Positions 22,957 to 32,691 of a stretch of 51,077 nt of DNA are shown here, piece after piece. Below the pieces are notes generated by a model. The model saw only the letters and a program-made list of their open reading frames with translations. It had not been told where the DNA came from and searched no databases. Position numbers and translations under genes: made by a program. Numbering within the stretch: the stretch's first letter is position 1; each line of letters starts with the position of its first letter. Source of the stretch: an uncultured Chthonomonadaceae bacterium (GTDB taxonomy: Bacteria > Armatimonadota > Chthonomonadetes > Chthonomonadales > Chthonomonadaceae); contig CAWIEK010000059.1 in the NCBI GenBank assembly GCA_963835065.1, positions 1 to 51,077 on the forward strand. The letters run 5' to 3'.

Positions 22957-23081
22957 GAAGGTTTCAGGTTTCAGGTGTCAGGTGTCAGGAAATGCCCTGT
23001 TGCTTCAAGGTTTTCTGATATAACGAGAAAGGTGAAGGCATATAGTTCCTGACACCTGAAACCTGAAACCTGAAACCTTCC
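22956..23081. repeat. Palindromic heptamer element: (GGTTTCA/GGTGTCA)n - core - (TGAAACC)n
   Basis: Inverted heptamer arrays flank a ~55-bp core related to the core of 28385-28504. Confidence 0.8.
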
Positions 23082-23321
23082 CCAACGGCTGGTCCGCTCC
23101 CTCCCTCACCGGATACGCGGAAGCCGTCCCGATCCCCGATTGATTGACGGGATCGCGTACCCGAAACCCATACACCCGGAAAACGGCTTTGCGATTATTG
23201 CTATCTTGCGTTCGCAATCGCCCCTGTTTCCGCTCTGATGCGCCGCCTTGCCGCCGCTTGCTTCGCCCGAAGCCGCGAACGCAGGGATCGCATGAGAACC
23301 TTTTTCGGAGGACTGCTTTTT

Positions 23322-24110
23322 ATGACTCGCGCTCTTTTTACCGCCGCTTCCGGGCTTGCCGCCCAGCAAACCAACCTCGACGTTATCGCCAACAACCTTG
23401 CCAACGCCAACACCGTCGGCTTCAAAAAATTACGCGCTGACTTCCACGATCTGGTTTATCAGATCAACCGCGAACCCGGCGGGCAGACCGGCCCGAACTC
23501 GTCCCTGCCAACGGGAATGCAGGTCGGCCTGGGCGTCAGCGCGGGCACAACCAGCGCCTCATTTGTGCAGGGTACTCCGCAAAGCACGGGCGGCGATTAC
23601 GACCTTGCCATTCAGGGACAGGGCTTCTTCAAAGTGCTGATGCCCGACGGCACCCCCGCGTACACCCGCGCCGGAAATTTCGCCATTGACAGCGCGGGCA
23701 AGCTCGTCACATCGGAAGGCTATGCCGTCCAGCCTGAAATCATCATTCCCCCGAACAAAACCAACGTCAGCATCAGCGCGGAAGGCCAGGTCACGGTCAC
23801 GGTTCCCGGCCAGGCCGCCTCGCAGTCGGTGGGTCAGATACAATTGACCACTTTCCCCAACCCCGCCGGCCTGAAAAACCTCGGCGGCAACCTGTTCCAG
23901 GCGAGCAGCGCGTCCGGCCAGGCGGCGGACAGCAACGCGGGCGCGCAGGGCGCAGGCACGCTCCTGCACAAATCCATCGAAGCCTCTAACGTGGACATCG
24001 TGGACGAAATGGTGCGCATGATCGTTTTGCAGCGGGCCTACGACACCAACTCCAAAGTGGTGCAAACCGCCGACGAAATGCTCAGTACGACCAACAACCT
24101 GAAACGGTAG
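23322..24110 (+). CDS. flgG: Flagellar basal-body rod protein FlgG
   Basis: ANNLANANTVGFKK, FHDLVYQ, LPTGMQVGLG and EASNVDIVDEMV..QRAYDTNSK motifs. Confidence 0.95.
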   Translation: MTRALFTAASGLAAQQTNLDVIANNLANANTVGFKKLRADFHDLVYQINREPGGQTGPNSSLPTGMQVGLGVSAGTTSASFVQGTPQSTGGDYDLAIQGQGFFKVLMPDGTPAYTRAGNFAIDSAGKLVTSEGYAVQPEIIIPPNKTNVSISAEGQVTVTVPGQAASQSVGQIQLTTFPNPAGLKNLGGNLFQASSASGQAADSNAGAQGAGTLLHKSIEASNVDIVDEMVRMIVLQRAYDTNSKVVQTADEMLSTTNNLKR

Positions 24111-24249
24111 GAATTGCCTATTTTCGATTGCCGATTATCTGCTTTGCCGGGTTGGAGCAACTTTGTATTCGGAGCAGTTATGTATATTGCTGCTTCTGAA
24201 TTCCGGCAGAATGAGAATAGCCTGCTTGCTGTTCAAGGACAAGGCCACC

Positions 24250-25317
24250 ATGATTTTCCTGTATATTCCACAAGCGCAAATTCCAAATCCGCCATCGAAA
24301 ATCGAAAAGCGAGTGTTATCAATCGGCAATCGGCAATCGAAAATCGGCAATTTCTCAAAGCCTGTAAAGGCTACTCCCGCCAAAAGCGCGGAAGTGGAAA
24401 ACGCGATTACGACAATCACGGTTCGGGCGAACGCGGAAGTGAACGGCGCGCATTTTACATTGGGCGAAATCGCGGAGTTTGACGGCAAGGACAAGGCGCT
24501 GCTGGAAACGCTTTCCAAAGTGGAAATCGGCGCGTCTCCCCTGCCGGGCATGTCGCGCCCCTTGTTTCCCGGCGATATTACGGTTCATTTGCGGGCAGCA
24601 CATCAAGGCAGCCTGCTGGACAGCAAAAGACTGGAAGTCGTGGCGCCTTCGGAAATGCGAGTCACGCGCTTCGGGCATGACATCAGCATGGACGAGATTA
24701 CCAAAGTGGCTCTGGCCGCCGCGCAAGTGGCTGTTAAGGACGTTCCCAACACCACGCTGGAAGCGGTTGCGCCTGTCGGCAAAGTGACATTGCCTTCCGG
24801 CAAGTTCCGGGTGATTGCGGGCGCGCTGCGGGGGCAGCCCGAAAATGGAAACATCGTCGTGCCCGTCAGCCTGCTTGTGGACGGCAGAATCGTGCAGACC
24901 GCCGATGTTACCGTCCGGGTTCAGCGCAAAATGATGGTGGTGGTCGCGTCCCGAACGCTGGAACCGCATGATGTGCTGGAAGCGCAGGACGCGCAATTGC
25001 TGCTCGTTGACCTGCCGCCGGGTTTCGTCAAGCCTATGATCCACATGGAAGACGTCATCGGCAAGCGCGTGACGCGCCGGATCATGGCGGACGCCCCGAT
25101 TTCTGCCGCCGTTTTGGAAACGCCGCCCGATATCGCGGCCAATGCGCGCCTGACCATTGAATATGTGTACGGCAGCATCCACATCACGGCCCCCGGCATG
25201 GCGCGGCAGGCGGGCAAAATCGGCGATACCATTCGCGTTTATGCGCTGGACACCCACAAGGAACTGGAAGCGGTGATCGTAGACGCGCGCACGGTTCAGC
25301 TTCAGGAAGCGGAATAG
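24250..25317 (+). CDS. flgA: Flagellar P-ring formation chaperone FlgA (start uncertain)
   Basis: TLGEIAE...IGASPLPG, SAF-like VVVASRTL, and C-terminal ITAPGMARQAGKIGDTIRV. Lies between flgG and flgH. Confidence 0.85.
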   Translation: MIFLYIPQAQIPNPPSKIEKRVLSIGNRQSKIGNFSKPVKATPAKSAEVENAITTITVRANAEVNGAHFTLGEIAEFDGKDKALLETLSKVEIGASPLPGMSRPLFPGDITVHLRAAHQGSLLDSKRLEVVAPSEMRVTRFGHDISMDEITKVALAAAQVAVKDVPNTTLEAVAPVGKVTLPSGKFRVIAGALRGQPENGNIVVPVSLLVDGRIVQTADVTVRVQRKMMVVVASRTLEPHDVLEAQDAQLLLVDLPPGFVKPMIHMEDVIGKRVTRRIMADAPISAAVLETPPDIAANARLTIEYVYGSIHITAPGMARQAGKIGDTIRVYALDTHKELEAVIVDARTVQLQEAE

Positions 25318-25328
25318 GACACAACTTC

Positions 25329-26006
25329 ATGTACAGCAGCACTGCACAACCTTTAAACAAACTACCGGCAGCCAAAGTTCGCATTTTTACCGGGATTTTG
25401 ATTCTTTGTTCGGCAGGAATTTGTTCCACCGGAGTCAACGCCCAGGCGGACTCGCTTTTCCCCGCGCAGGCATCCACCAAAGCCCTGCGCGGCAGCAGCA
25501 GCGCCAATGCCGCGTCATTGTTCAGCGACACGCGGGCGCACAGCGTTGGCGACATTCTGACCATCACGATTGCGGAAAGCACAACGGCGCAATCTTCGGC
25601 CAACACCAAGACTTCGCAGGATGACTCGGTCAGCGCGTTCGGCGGCACGGGGCTGATACAGCGCTTTTTCCGGGACCTGTCCCTGACAGCCGTAAATACG
25701 CGCTCCGGCAACGGGGCCGGGTCCACAACGCGCTCCGGCACATTGACGACAACCCTTTCCGTGGTTGTCAAGGAAGTTCTGCCCAACAACACGCTCAAAA
25801 TCGAAGGCACACGGCTCGTGGGCATCAACCGCGAAACGCAGCGCGTCACGTTCAGCGGCATCGTGCGCCCCGAAGACATCGGCCCGGACAACACGGTTCC
25901 CTCCAACGTCATCGCGGGCGTGGAAGTCCGCTACGACGGCAAAGGCATCGTCGGCGATACCCAAAAACCGGGCATCCTGTCGCGTATCTTCCGCTTCCTG
26001 TTCTAA
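25329..26006 (+). CDS. flgH: Flagellar L-ring protein FlgH
   Basis: LFSDTRAHSVGDILTITIAE, VKEVLPNNTLKIEG and SGIVRPEDIGPDNTVPS motifs. Confidence 0.95.
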   Translation: MYSSTAQPLNKLPAAKVRIFTGILILCSAGICSTGVNAQADSLFPAQASTKALRGSSSANAASLFSDTRAHSVGDILTITIAESTTAQSSANTKTSQDDSVSAFGGTGLIQRFFRDLSLTAVNTRSGNGAGSTTRSGTLTTTLSVVVKEVLPNNTLKIEGTRLVGINRETQRVTFSGIVRPEDIGPDNTVPSNVIAGVEVRYDGKGIVGDTQKPGILSRIFRFLF

Positions 26007-26031
26007 ACGCCCGAAACCCTGAAAAACTACC

Positions 26032-27307
26032 ATGACCAAATCACGCGCTATTACCTTTATCTTGATGCTTGGATTGCTTGCCGGTGGAAACGGAGTCTGC
26101 CGCGCCGGGGAAGACCCTGTGGAAGCGCCGGGGGGAGCGGAAGCGCTTGCGCCGCCGAAAACCCGCGTACCGCCCGCGTCAACAACGGTCAAAACCCGCG
26201 CCAACAGCAGCCTGCGCCGGAACGCCGGGACACAAGCGGAAGCGGACGCCATTGGGACGGTGGGGCAGGCGCGGATCAAGGACATTGCCACCGTGCAGGG
26301 CGTTCGCAGCAACCAATTGTTCGGGTACGGGCTGGTTGTCGGGCTGGAAGGCACGGGGGACGGCAGTTCGAGCCTGTTCACCGTGTCCAGCATCGTCAAC
26401 ATGCTGCGGCGATTGGGCATCAACGTGCCCATTGACCAGACGCGCGTGAAAAACGTCGCTGCCGTAATGGTGACTGCCGACCTGCCCGCGTTTGCCAAAG
26501 AAGGCAGTCCCATTGACGTTACCGTGTCGTCGCTTGGCGACGCTAAATCGCTTGCAGGGCGGCACGCTGCTGCAAACGCCGCTTATGGCCGGCAACGGCG
26601 AGGTGTACGCGGCGGCGCAGGGCGCGCTTTCCATCGGCGGCTTCAATTTCGAGGCGGGCGGCTCCAAAGTGCAGAAGAACCACGTCAATGTCGGGCGTAT
26701 CCCGCATGGCGGAATCGTAGAGCGCGAAGTGCCCACCACCCTGACGGACGGCGGCACGATCCAGGTCACGCTGCGCGAACCGGACTTCACCACTGCAAGC
26801 CGTATGGCCGCCGCCATCCGCCGTCAGATGCCGGGCGTCAACGCGCTGGCAATGGACGCGGCAACGGTATCGGTGTCCACGCCGCAGTCGCAGGCCGGCG
26901 ACATCATCGGGTTTCTCGCCCAGGTGGAAACGGTACGCCTGACGCCCGATGTGCAGGCCAAAATCGTGGTCAACGAGCGCACCGGAACGGTTGTCATGGG
27001 CGGCAATGTGCGGCTTGCGCCCGGTTCGGTTGCGCATGGCGCGATCAACATCCGCGTTGTCAACACGCCGATTGTGATACCCGCGCCTCCCAATTCCATC
27101 AACGCGCCGCCGCCCGTCGTCGTGCCGCAAAAGGACGTGGCCGTACAGGAACACGCCGCGCAGTTCGCCCCGATTACGGCGACAACAACCGTGACGCAGC
27201 TTGTCGGCGCATTGAACGGCCTGGGCGTGACGCCCCGCGATTTAATCTCCATTTTGCAGGCCATGCACGCGGCGGGAATGATTGCGGCAGAAATCGAGGT
27301 GCAGTAA
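26032..27307 (+). CDS. flgI: Flagellar P-ring protein FlgI (frameshift ~26552)
   Basis: [27 protein letters not shown]...[10 protein letters not shown], then [12 protein letters not shown]...NERTGTVV in the shifted frame. Confidence 0.92.
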
Positions 27308-27308
27308 C

Positions 27309-27761
27309 ATGAGTGGTCAGTGGTCAGGGATCAGTGGTCAGGATTCAGGATTCAGGATTCAGGATTCAGGGGTCAGGGGGCAATACGCGGATACTCTGAA
27401 CGGCGCGCGGAACCTGAACGACGCGGGGAAATCGTTTCCGGTAAGCAAGTCGGAAAACGCAGAGGCTTTGAGCGCGGCGCATAAGGCGGCGAAAGCGGAT
27501 TACAGCGCAAAAGCGGACAAACTGAAAAAAGCCACGCAGGACTTTGAGGCCGTGTTTCTCGGCATGATGCTCAAGCAGATGCGCAAATCCATTGCGGGCG
27601 ACAACGCCCTTTTCGGCAACAGCCACGAAGCCAAAATGTACCAGGATATGGCCGACGACGCAACGGCCAAACAACTCAGCAAGGCCGGCACGTTCGGCCT
27701 TTCCAACCTCCTGTACAAGACGATGGAACGGACGCTGCCGGTAAATCCAGATAAGGAGTAG
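27309..27761 (+). CDS. flgJ: Rod-binding protein FlgJ (short, no muramidase domain)
   Basis: [23 protein letters not shown]...MYQDM Rod-binding motif. The N-terminus is encoded by heptamer repeats (27311-27379). Confidence 0.85.
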   Translation: MSGQWSGISGQDSGFRIQDSGVRGQYADTLNGARNLNDAGKSFPVSKSENAEALSAAHKAAKADYSAKADKLKKATQDFEAVFLGMMLKQMRKSIAGDNALFGNSHEAKMYQDMADDATAKQLSKAGTFGLSNLLYKTMERTLPVNPDKE

Positions 27762-27863
27762 GTTTCAGGTGTCAGGGCATACGCTGTTGTTCCTAACCTA
27801 CCTGTTATAGTAACAAACGAAAGGGAGTAGAAGGGCATGTCCTGACCCCTGACCCCTGACCCC
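27761..27863. repeat. Heptamer element GGTTTCA/GGTGTCA ... (CCTGACC)n between flgJ and flgN
   Basis: ggtttcaggtgtcaggg ... cctgacccctgacccctgacccc in inverted arrangement. Confidence 0.65.
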
Positions 27864-27876
27864 TTTGGAGTGTGCC

Positions 27877-28380
27877 ATGCCTCGCACCAATACCACCACG
27901 CCCGCCACATTGCGCCGGATTTTGCAGCAGGAATTGACGTTGGGCAATCGCCTGCTGGACTTGGCGCAGGAAGAAAGCGACGTGATTGTCCGCAACGATG
28001 TGGAACGCCTGTTCACGCTGCAAGCGCAGCAGCAGCAGTGCCTGGGGGAGCAGCAGAAATTGGAAGCGGCGCGGACGGCTGCCGCGCGGGACCTGGCCTG
28101 GCAAGCAGGACTGGAGCGCATACCGCCCCTGTCCGGCCTGATTGCCGCGCTGCCGACGCGGGAACAGGAAAGCCTGCGCGACCTGCGCGCCGACCTGCTC
28201 AAACTGCATCAACAACTGGAAATTGTGCAGGCCCGCAACCGCCGCCTGCTCGACAACGCGCTGGAATTCGTGCGCTTCAGTCTGGAAACCCTGACAACCG
28301 CCGCCCTCCAGCCCGCCCGTTACGGAACCAACCTGGCGCGCATTGCCGCGCCGACGTTTTATATTGATAGCAAAGCATAG
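27877..28380 (+). CDS. flgN: Flagellar export chaperone FlgN
   Basis: Helical protein with NRRLLDNALEFV, immediately upstream of flgK. Confidence 0.8.
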   Translation: MPRTNTTTPATLRRILQQELTLGNRLLDLAQEESDVIVRNDVERLFTLQAQQQQCLGEQQKLEAARTAAARDLAWQAGLERIPPLSGLIAALPTREQESLRDLRADLLKLHQQLEIVQARNRRLLDNALEFVRFSLETLTTAALQPARYGTNLARIAAPTFYIDSKA

Positions 28381-28384
28381 GAAG

Positions 28385-28504
28385 AAGGTTTCAGGTGTCA
28401 GGTTTCAGGTGTCAGGGAAAGCCCTGCTGCTCCGAAACTTTCCGGCACAACAAGCAGGCTAAGAGACAAATACCTGAAACCTGAAACCTGAAACCTGAAA
28501 CCTG
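28385..28504. repeat. Palindromic heptamer element, sibling of 22956-23081
   Basis: ggtttcaggtgtcaggtttcaggtgtcagg - core - (cctgaaa)x4. Confidence 0.8.
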
Positions 28505-28513
28505 GAGCTTGTC

Positions 28514-29947
28514 ATGCCTTCCACATTTTTTGGATTGGAAATCGGAACCCGCGCGCTGGCTTCGAGCCAGATCGCGCTGGATGTTGTCAGCAACAACACA
28601 GCCAACATCAACACGCCCGGTTATTCCCGGCAGGTTGTGAATTTTCAGGAGACCGACCCGTATACGCCGCCGGATTCGTCTCCCACTCGCCCCGGAGAAC
28701 TGGGAACGGGCGTCAGCGTGGCGAGCATCAACCGCGTCCGCGACCAGTTCGTGGACAAACGGGTATGGGCGGCGAATTCGCAGGCGGGCGCTGTCAACAC
28801 CCTGCGCGACACGTTGGGTCAGGTGGAAAACGCTTACAACGAACCCGGCGATACGGGCGTCGGGCAGCAGCTGACCAACCTGTACAACAGTTTTTCCGAC
28901 CTATCCGCCAACCCGCAAAGCGCGGCGATCCGCTCTACGGTGCTTAACAAGGCGGAAACGCTGGTCAATTCGTTCCATACCGTCAGCGCTTCGCTGAGCC
29001 AGATTACGCCGCAGCTAACGTCCCAAATCAACAGCGCGGTAGATACCGTGAACCAGATCGCCGGGCAGATCGCCGCCCTGAACAAGTCCATCACCTTGAG
29101 CGTGGCGGCAGGCGATGCGCCCAACGACCTGCTGGACAAGCGGGGGCAACTGCTCGATCAACTCAGCGGCCTTGTGGACGTGCAGATAACGGATCAGAAG
29201 GACGCGCAGACCGGCAAATTGAACGGCAAAATCAGCGTCAACGTGGGCGGATACGCGCTGGTGCAGGACGACACCGCCAATGCCCTGCCGAAAACGGTAA
29301 CAACCGCCAACAATACACTGGGATTGGTTACGGATTCGGGCGATGCCATTCCCCTGCGCGGCGGCCAATTGTACGGTCTGGTGAAAGCGACTACGCTGGT
29401 GAAAGGCTATCAGGCCGACTTAGACACGCTGGCCTATAATGTCGTCACCGCCACCAACCAACGCCATCAACTGGGGTACGGCCTGGATGGTTCGACCAAC
29501 AACGCCTTTTTCGGCGCGCTGACCACCTCGCAGGGCGCGGCATCCGCCATCAGCATTGATTCCGGCGTTGCAGGGGATTTGAACAAGATCGCCGCCGCCG
29601 CCGCGCCCACGCCGCCCAATACGTTCGCGCCGGGCAGCGGCGACAACGCCCGTTCCCTGGCAAGCCTGGCCTCGGATCAGGTCATCGGCAGTTTCAGCCT
29701 GGACAGCTATTACAACGCCAAAGTGGCGGCAGTGGGCGCGGACTCGCAGACATTCCAGCAGGAGGCCGACAACCAGGCCAAAGTGCTGTCGCAGGTGCAA
29801 AATCAGCAGTCGTCGGTGTCCGGCGTCAATCTGGACGAGGAACTGACCAAACTGCTCCAATACCAGCGCGCCTACCAGGCCGCCGCCCGCGTCATCAACA
29901 CAGCAGACGCTTTTCTGGACACGATTATCAATCAGATAGGGAAGTAG
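28514..29947 (+). CDS. flgK: Flagellar hook-associated protein FlgK
   Basis: SNNTANINTPGYSRQ, PNDLLDKR and SGVNLDEE...YQRAYQAAAR motifs. Confidence 0.95.
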   Translation: MPSTFFGLEIGTRALASSQIALDVVSNNTANINTPGYSRQVVNFQETDPYTPPDSSPTRPGELGTGVSVASINRVRDQFVDKRVWAANSQAGAVNTLRDTLGQVENAYNEPGDTGVGQQLTNLYNSFSDLSANPQSAAIRSTVLNKAETLVNSFHTVSASLSQITPQLTSQINSAVDTVNQIAGQIAALNKSITLSVAAGDAPNDLLDKRGQLLDQLSGLVDVQITDQKDAQTGKLNGKISVNVGGYALVQDDTANALPKTVTTANNTLGLVTDSGDAIPLRGGQLYGLVKATTLVKGYQADLDTLAYNVVTATNQRHQLGYGLDGSTNNAFFGALTTSQGAASAISIDSGVAGDLNKIAAAAAPTPPNTFAPGSGDNARSLASLASDQVIGSFSLDSYYNAKVAAVGADSQTFQQEADNQAKVLSQVQNQQSSVSGVNLDEELTKLLQYQRAYQAAARVINTADAFLDTIINQIGK

Positions 29948-29948
29948 C

Positions 29949-30848
29949 ATGTTTTCACGATTAAGCAGTACCCAGATCGCCGACAGTTCCGTGTTCGGCA
30001 TACAGCAGGCGTATGGACGGTTCGATGTGGCGCAGCGCAAAGTCAATACGGGTAAGCAGGTGCAGACGCCTTCGGACAATCCGAGCGGCACGGCGCAGAG
30101 CCTGGAGTTCCGGGAACGGGTTTCGGAACTGGATCAATTCGGGCGTACCATCAGCCAGGCGCAAAACTTCATTTCCACCAGTGAAGCGGCTCTGAACGAT
30201 GTGACCAGCCTGGCGCGGCAGGCGCGCACCATCGGCGTTCAGGGCGCAAGCAGCGACGGCAGCGCGGATTCGCGGGCGGCGCTGGTGGGGCAACTGCAAA
30301 ACATCATCGGCCAGATCGCCACGATTGGCAACACCACGTATGGCCCGCAGTACGTGTTTGGAGGCCAGCGCACGGATACGGCTCCTATTCAGCCGACGTC
30401 TACGGGTTACAAGTATGTCGGCGGCACGGCGGACACCAATGACGGCGATTTGACGCTCGACATCGGGCGCAATGAAACCGTCAAAATCAACGTCAGCGGC
30501 GATCAGGTCTTTACGCCCCTGCTGACCGCGCTGGGCAAACTCCGCGATGATGTGGGCAGCAACGCTTCCAATGCCGTCTCGAACACCGATCTCGCGGAGG
30601 TGGACACGCAGTTAAACAACGTCCTCGCGGTGCGGGCGGATTTAGGTTCCAAAGTGCAGCGTCTGGAACTGACCACGCAGCGCAACGATGTGACGAAGGA
30701 AAACTACACCAAGTTCATCTCCAACATCGAAGACGCGGACATTCCAAGTTCCATTGTGGCACTGCAAACCGCGCAGACCGCGTACCAGGCCGCGCTGGAA
30801 TCCACGTCGCGCACATTCCAAAACAGCCTGCTGGATTTTATCAAGTAG
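29949..30848 (+). CDS. flgL: Flagellar hook-associated protein FlgL
   Basis: TGKQVQTPSDNP, YVFGG, IEDAD...YQAAL...SLLDFIK. Follows flgK. Confidence 0.92.
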   Translation: MFSRLSSTQIADSSVFGIQQAYGRFDVAQRKVNTGKQVQTPSDNPSGTAQSLEFRERVSELDQFGRTISQAQNFISTSEAALNDVTSLARQARTIGVQGASSDGSADSRAALVGQLQNIIGQIATIGNTTYGPQYVFGGQRTDTAPIQPTSTGYKYVGGTADTNDGDLTLDIGRNETVKINVSGDQVFTPLLTALGKLRDDVGSNASNAVSNTDLAEVDTQLNNVLAVRADLGSKVQRLELTTQRNDVTKENYTKFISNIEDADIPSSIVALQTAQTAYQAALESTSRTFQNSLLDFIK

Positions 30849-30946
30849 GCATTAGGCATTAGGCATCAGGCATCAGGCATTAGAGAACAAGAACCAACCT
30901 CTGATGCCTGACGCTCACCTCCTAATGCCTGATGCCTAATGCCTAA
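30846..30946. repeat. Palindromic heptamer element (TAGGCAT)n ... (ATGCCTA)n
   Basis: taggcattaggcattaggcatcaggcatcaggcattag ... ctaatgcctgatgcctaatgcctaa. The first unit supplies the flgL stop. Confidence 0.8.
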
Positions 30947-30961
30947 CGAAGTGAGAAACGA

Positions 30962-31540
30962 ATGGTAATGATTCTCGACAAGACGACGCTGGATGTGTCA
31001 CTGGATGTGCGCCGCAGGCGCAGCCCGCAGCCGGGGGCGCAGGCCGTCGCCGGGATGAAAAAACACATACCCGGGGCCGGGACGACAACGCAGGTGGTTA
31101 CGTCGCGGTTTGGCCTGCTGGACATTGACCCCGAACTGGCGCTGACGTTCCCGGACGGGCTGATCGGCTTTGAGAATTGCCGCCGCTACATCGTGGTGCG
31201 GCATCAGGACAACAGCGCGTTTCGCTGGCTGCAATCCCTGGACGAGCCGACAGTGGCCTTTCCGATTGTGGAACCGGGAGAGTTCTGCGCGTATTACGCG
31301 CCGACGATTTCCGATAGTGATGCCCGCAGCCTGCAATTGGAGCGAGATACGCCCACGATTCTGTTCACAATCATCACCGTGCCGCCAAGCAACCCCCGCG
31401 ACATGACCGCGAACCTGCTGGCTCCCTTAGTTATCAACGGCCTGACGCGCCGGGGCAGGCAAGTAATCGCGCAGGACGAGGGCTATACCACCCGCCACAA
31501 AATCATGGACGAAATCGCGCGGCGCCAGAAAAAGGACTGA
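30962..31540 (+). CDS. fliW: Flagellar assembly factor FliW
   Basis: TSRFG, FPDGLIGFE, FRWLQSLD and TANLLAPLVIN motifs. Confidence 0.93.
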   Translation: MVMILDKTTLDVSLDVRRRRSPQPGAQAVAGMKKHIPGAGTTTQVVTSRFGLLDIDPELALTFPDGLIGFENCRRYIVVRHQDNSAFRWLQSLDEPTVAFPIVEPGEFCAYYAPTISDSDARSLQLERDTPTILFTIITVPPSNPRDMTANLLAPLVINGLTRRGRQVIAQDEGYTTRHKIMDEIARRQKKD

Positions 31541-31615
31541 AGAAGCGTCAGATTGCAGCCGACAATGGAATAAACTCATTTCAGATTCGCATTTAAGCCA
31601 CGGAGGGCCACCCAA

Positions 31616-31857
31616 ATGCTCGTTTTGACACGCAAACCCGATCAAAGCATCATGGTCGGCGCGGACATTGAAATCACCGTTTTGGAAGTGCGCGGAGAAC
31701 AGGTTCGCCTGGGTATCCGCGCCCCCCGTACCGTTTCGGTGCATCGCAAAGAGGTTTTCGAGCAAATCCGCCTGGAAAACCAGAACGCCAGCGCCGCCCC
31801 CCTTGATATTCTTCCCGACTTCGCCGAATTGGTTATCCAGCTCTCTGCGCACAATAA
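31616..31857 (+). CDS. csrA: Carbon storage regulator CsrA (3' end uncertain; as given, the ORF runs to 32083)
   Basis: MLVLTRK...VRLGIRAP..VHRKE is CsrA. The tail beyond ~31830 crosses a repeat and a terminator. A 1-nt insertion would end the gene at TAA 31855-31857. Confidence 0.88.
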
Positions 31858-31897
31858 TTCACCACAGAGGCACAGAGACACAGAGGTTTCACAGAGG
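31856..31897 (+). repeat. ~42-bp CACAGAG-based dispersed repeat, copy 1
   Basis: aattcaccacagaggcacagagacacagaggtttcacagagg. Reverse-complement copies at 32626, 33341 and 34418. Confidence 0.85.
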
Positions 31898-31908
31898 GGA
31901 TACGGAGA

Positions 31909-31954
31909 CAAGAACCGCCAACCATACGAACTTTTGTATGGTTGGCGGTTCTTG
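31909..31954. terminator. Hairpin ending the flagellar operon
   Basis: caagaaccgccaaccatac / gtatggttggcggttcttg form a 19-bp perfect inverted repeat. Confidence 0.65.
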
Positions 31955-32003
31955 CGCGCCATTTTGTGGTATCATAATACTCACCAATTAAAGAGGAGGT
32001 TCT

Positions 32004-32258
32004 ATGTCCGCCACAAACACGCAATCATTGACGGTACGCCTTCAGCCGGAACTCTATACGGCTGCGACCCATCTTGCGCGTAAACGCTCTCTCAGCCTGA
32101 ACGCGCTGGTACAGCAGAGCCTGGCCGCATGGATTAAATCGGAAGAAGATCGGGAATTGTACGAAGCCTTCGAGGAATTGGGCAAAGATAAAGAGGCTTG
32201 TGATGTGGAGTATGCCTTTGCCGCACAGTCGGAGGTCGTGTTAAGTGACAAATACTGA
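32004..32258 (+). CDS. Putative antitoxin (ribbon-helix-helix-like)
   Basis: LTVRLQPELY...SLNALVQQSL RHH pattern. Overlaps the toxin start. Confidence 0.75.
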   Translation: MSATNTQSLTVRLQPELYTAATHLARKRSLSLNALVQQSLAAWIKSEEDRELYEAFEELGKDKEACDVEYAFAAQSEVVLSDKY

Positions 32259-32604
32259 CGTACCGCTAAAGCGCGGACAACTTCATTGGGTGCAATGGGA
32301 ACCCGGCCGTGGCTCCGAGCAGCAGGGACGCAGGCCCGCATTGATTGTGCAGGCCGATCCCATGAACCAGAGCCGTAACTATACCAACACCATTGTTGTC
32401 GCTATCTCCACAAGCCTGCGCAATGTGCCGACGCATGTAGTTGTAGAACCCTCGGAAACAAACGGTCTGCCCCAACAATCCTCTGTTCTTTGTGAACAAT
32501 TGCTGACCATTTCCCGCGAACGTCTTGACGGGCTTATCGGTGAAATAGAAGCAGGCGCGTTGAGGCAAGTAGACCGCGCTTTACGCCGCGCTCTCGGCCT
32601 GTAA
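32245..32604 (+). CDS. mazF: MazF/PemK-family endoribonuclease toxin
   Basis: RGQLHWV..EPGRGSEQQGRRPALIVQ...NGL..S.VLCEQLLTISRERL. Confidence 0.92.
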   Translation: MTNTDVPLKRGQLHWVQWEPGRGSEQQGRRPALIVQADPMNQSRNYTNTIVVAISTSLRNVPTHVVVEPSETNGLPQQSSVLCEQLLTISRERLDGLIGEIEAGALRQVDRALRRALGL

Positions 32605-32625
32605 TTCCTTATATCCTACATTTCT

Positions 32626-32668
32626 CCTCTGTGAAACCTCTGTGTCTCTGTGCCTCTTGTGGTGAATT
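32626..32668 (-). repeat. ~42-bp CACAGAG-based dispersed repeat, copy 2
   Basis: cctctgtgaaacctctgtgtctctgtgcctcttgtggtgaatt. Confidence 0.85.
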
Positions 32669-32691
32669 GTTTCGGTTTCTCCCGCATAGAT

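Noticed and set aside
23085..23320. Possible riboswitch or sigma-28 promoter between flgF and flgG
   Set aside because: Only weak hairpins are present. I found no convincing c-di-GMP aptamer or TAAA-N15-GCCGATAA match by eye.
26545..26560. Split flgI as phase variation of motility
   Set aside because: There is no long homopolymer or SSR at the site, and one extra base explains it. The rest of the operon is intact.
31830..32083. CsrA with a long novel C-terminal extension
   Set aside because: The extension runs through a repeat, a terminator hairpin and the next gene. A 1-nt indel removing a normal stop is more likely.
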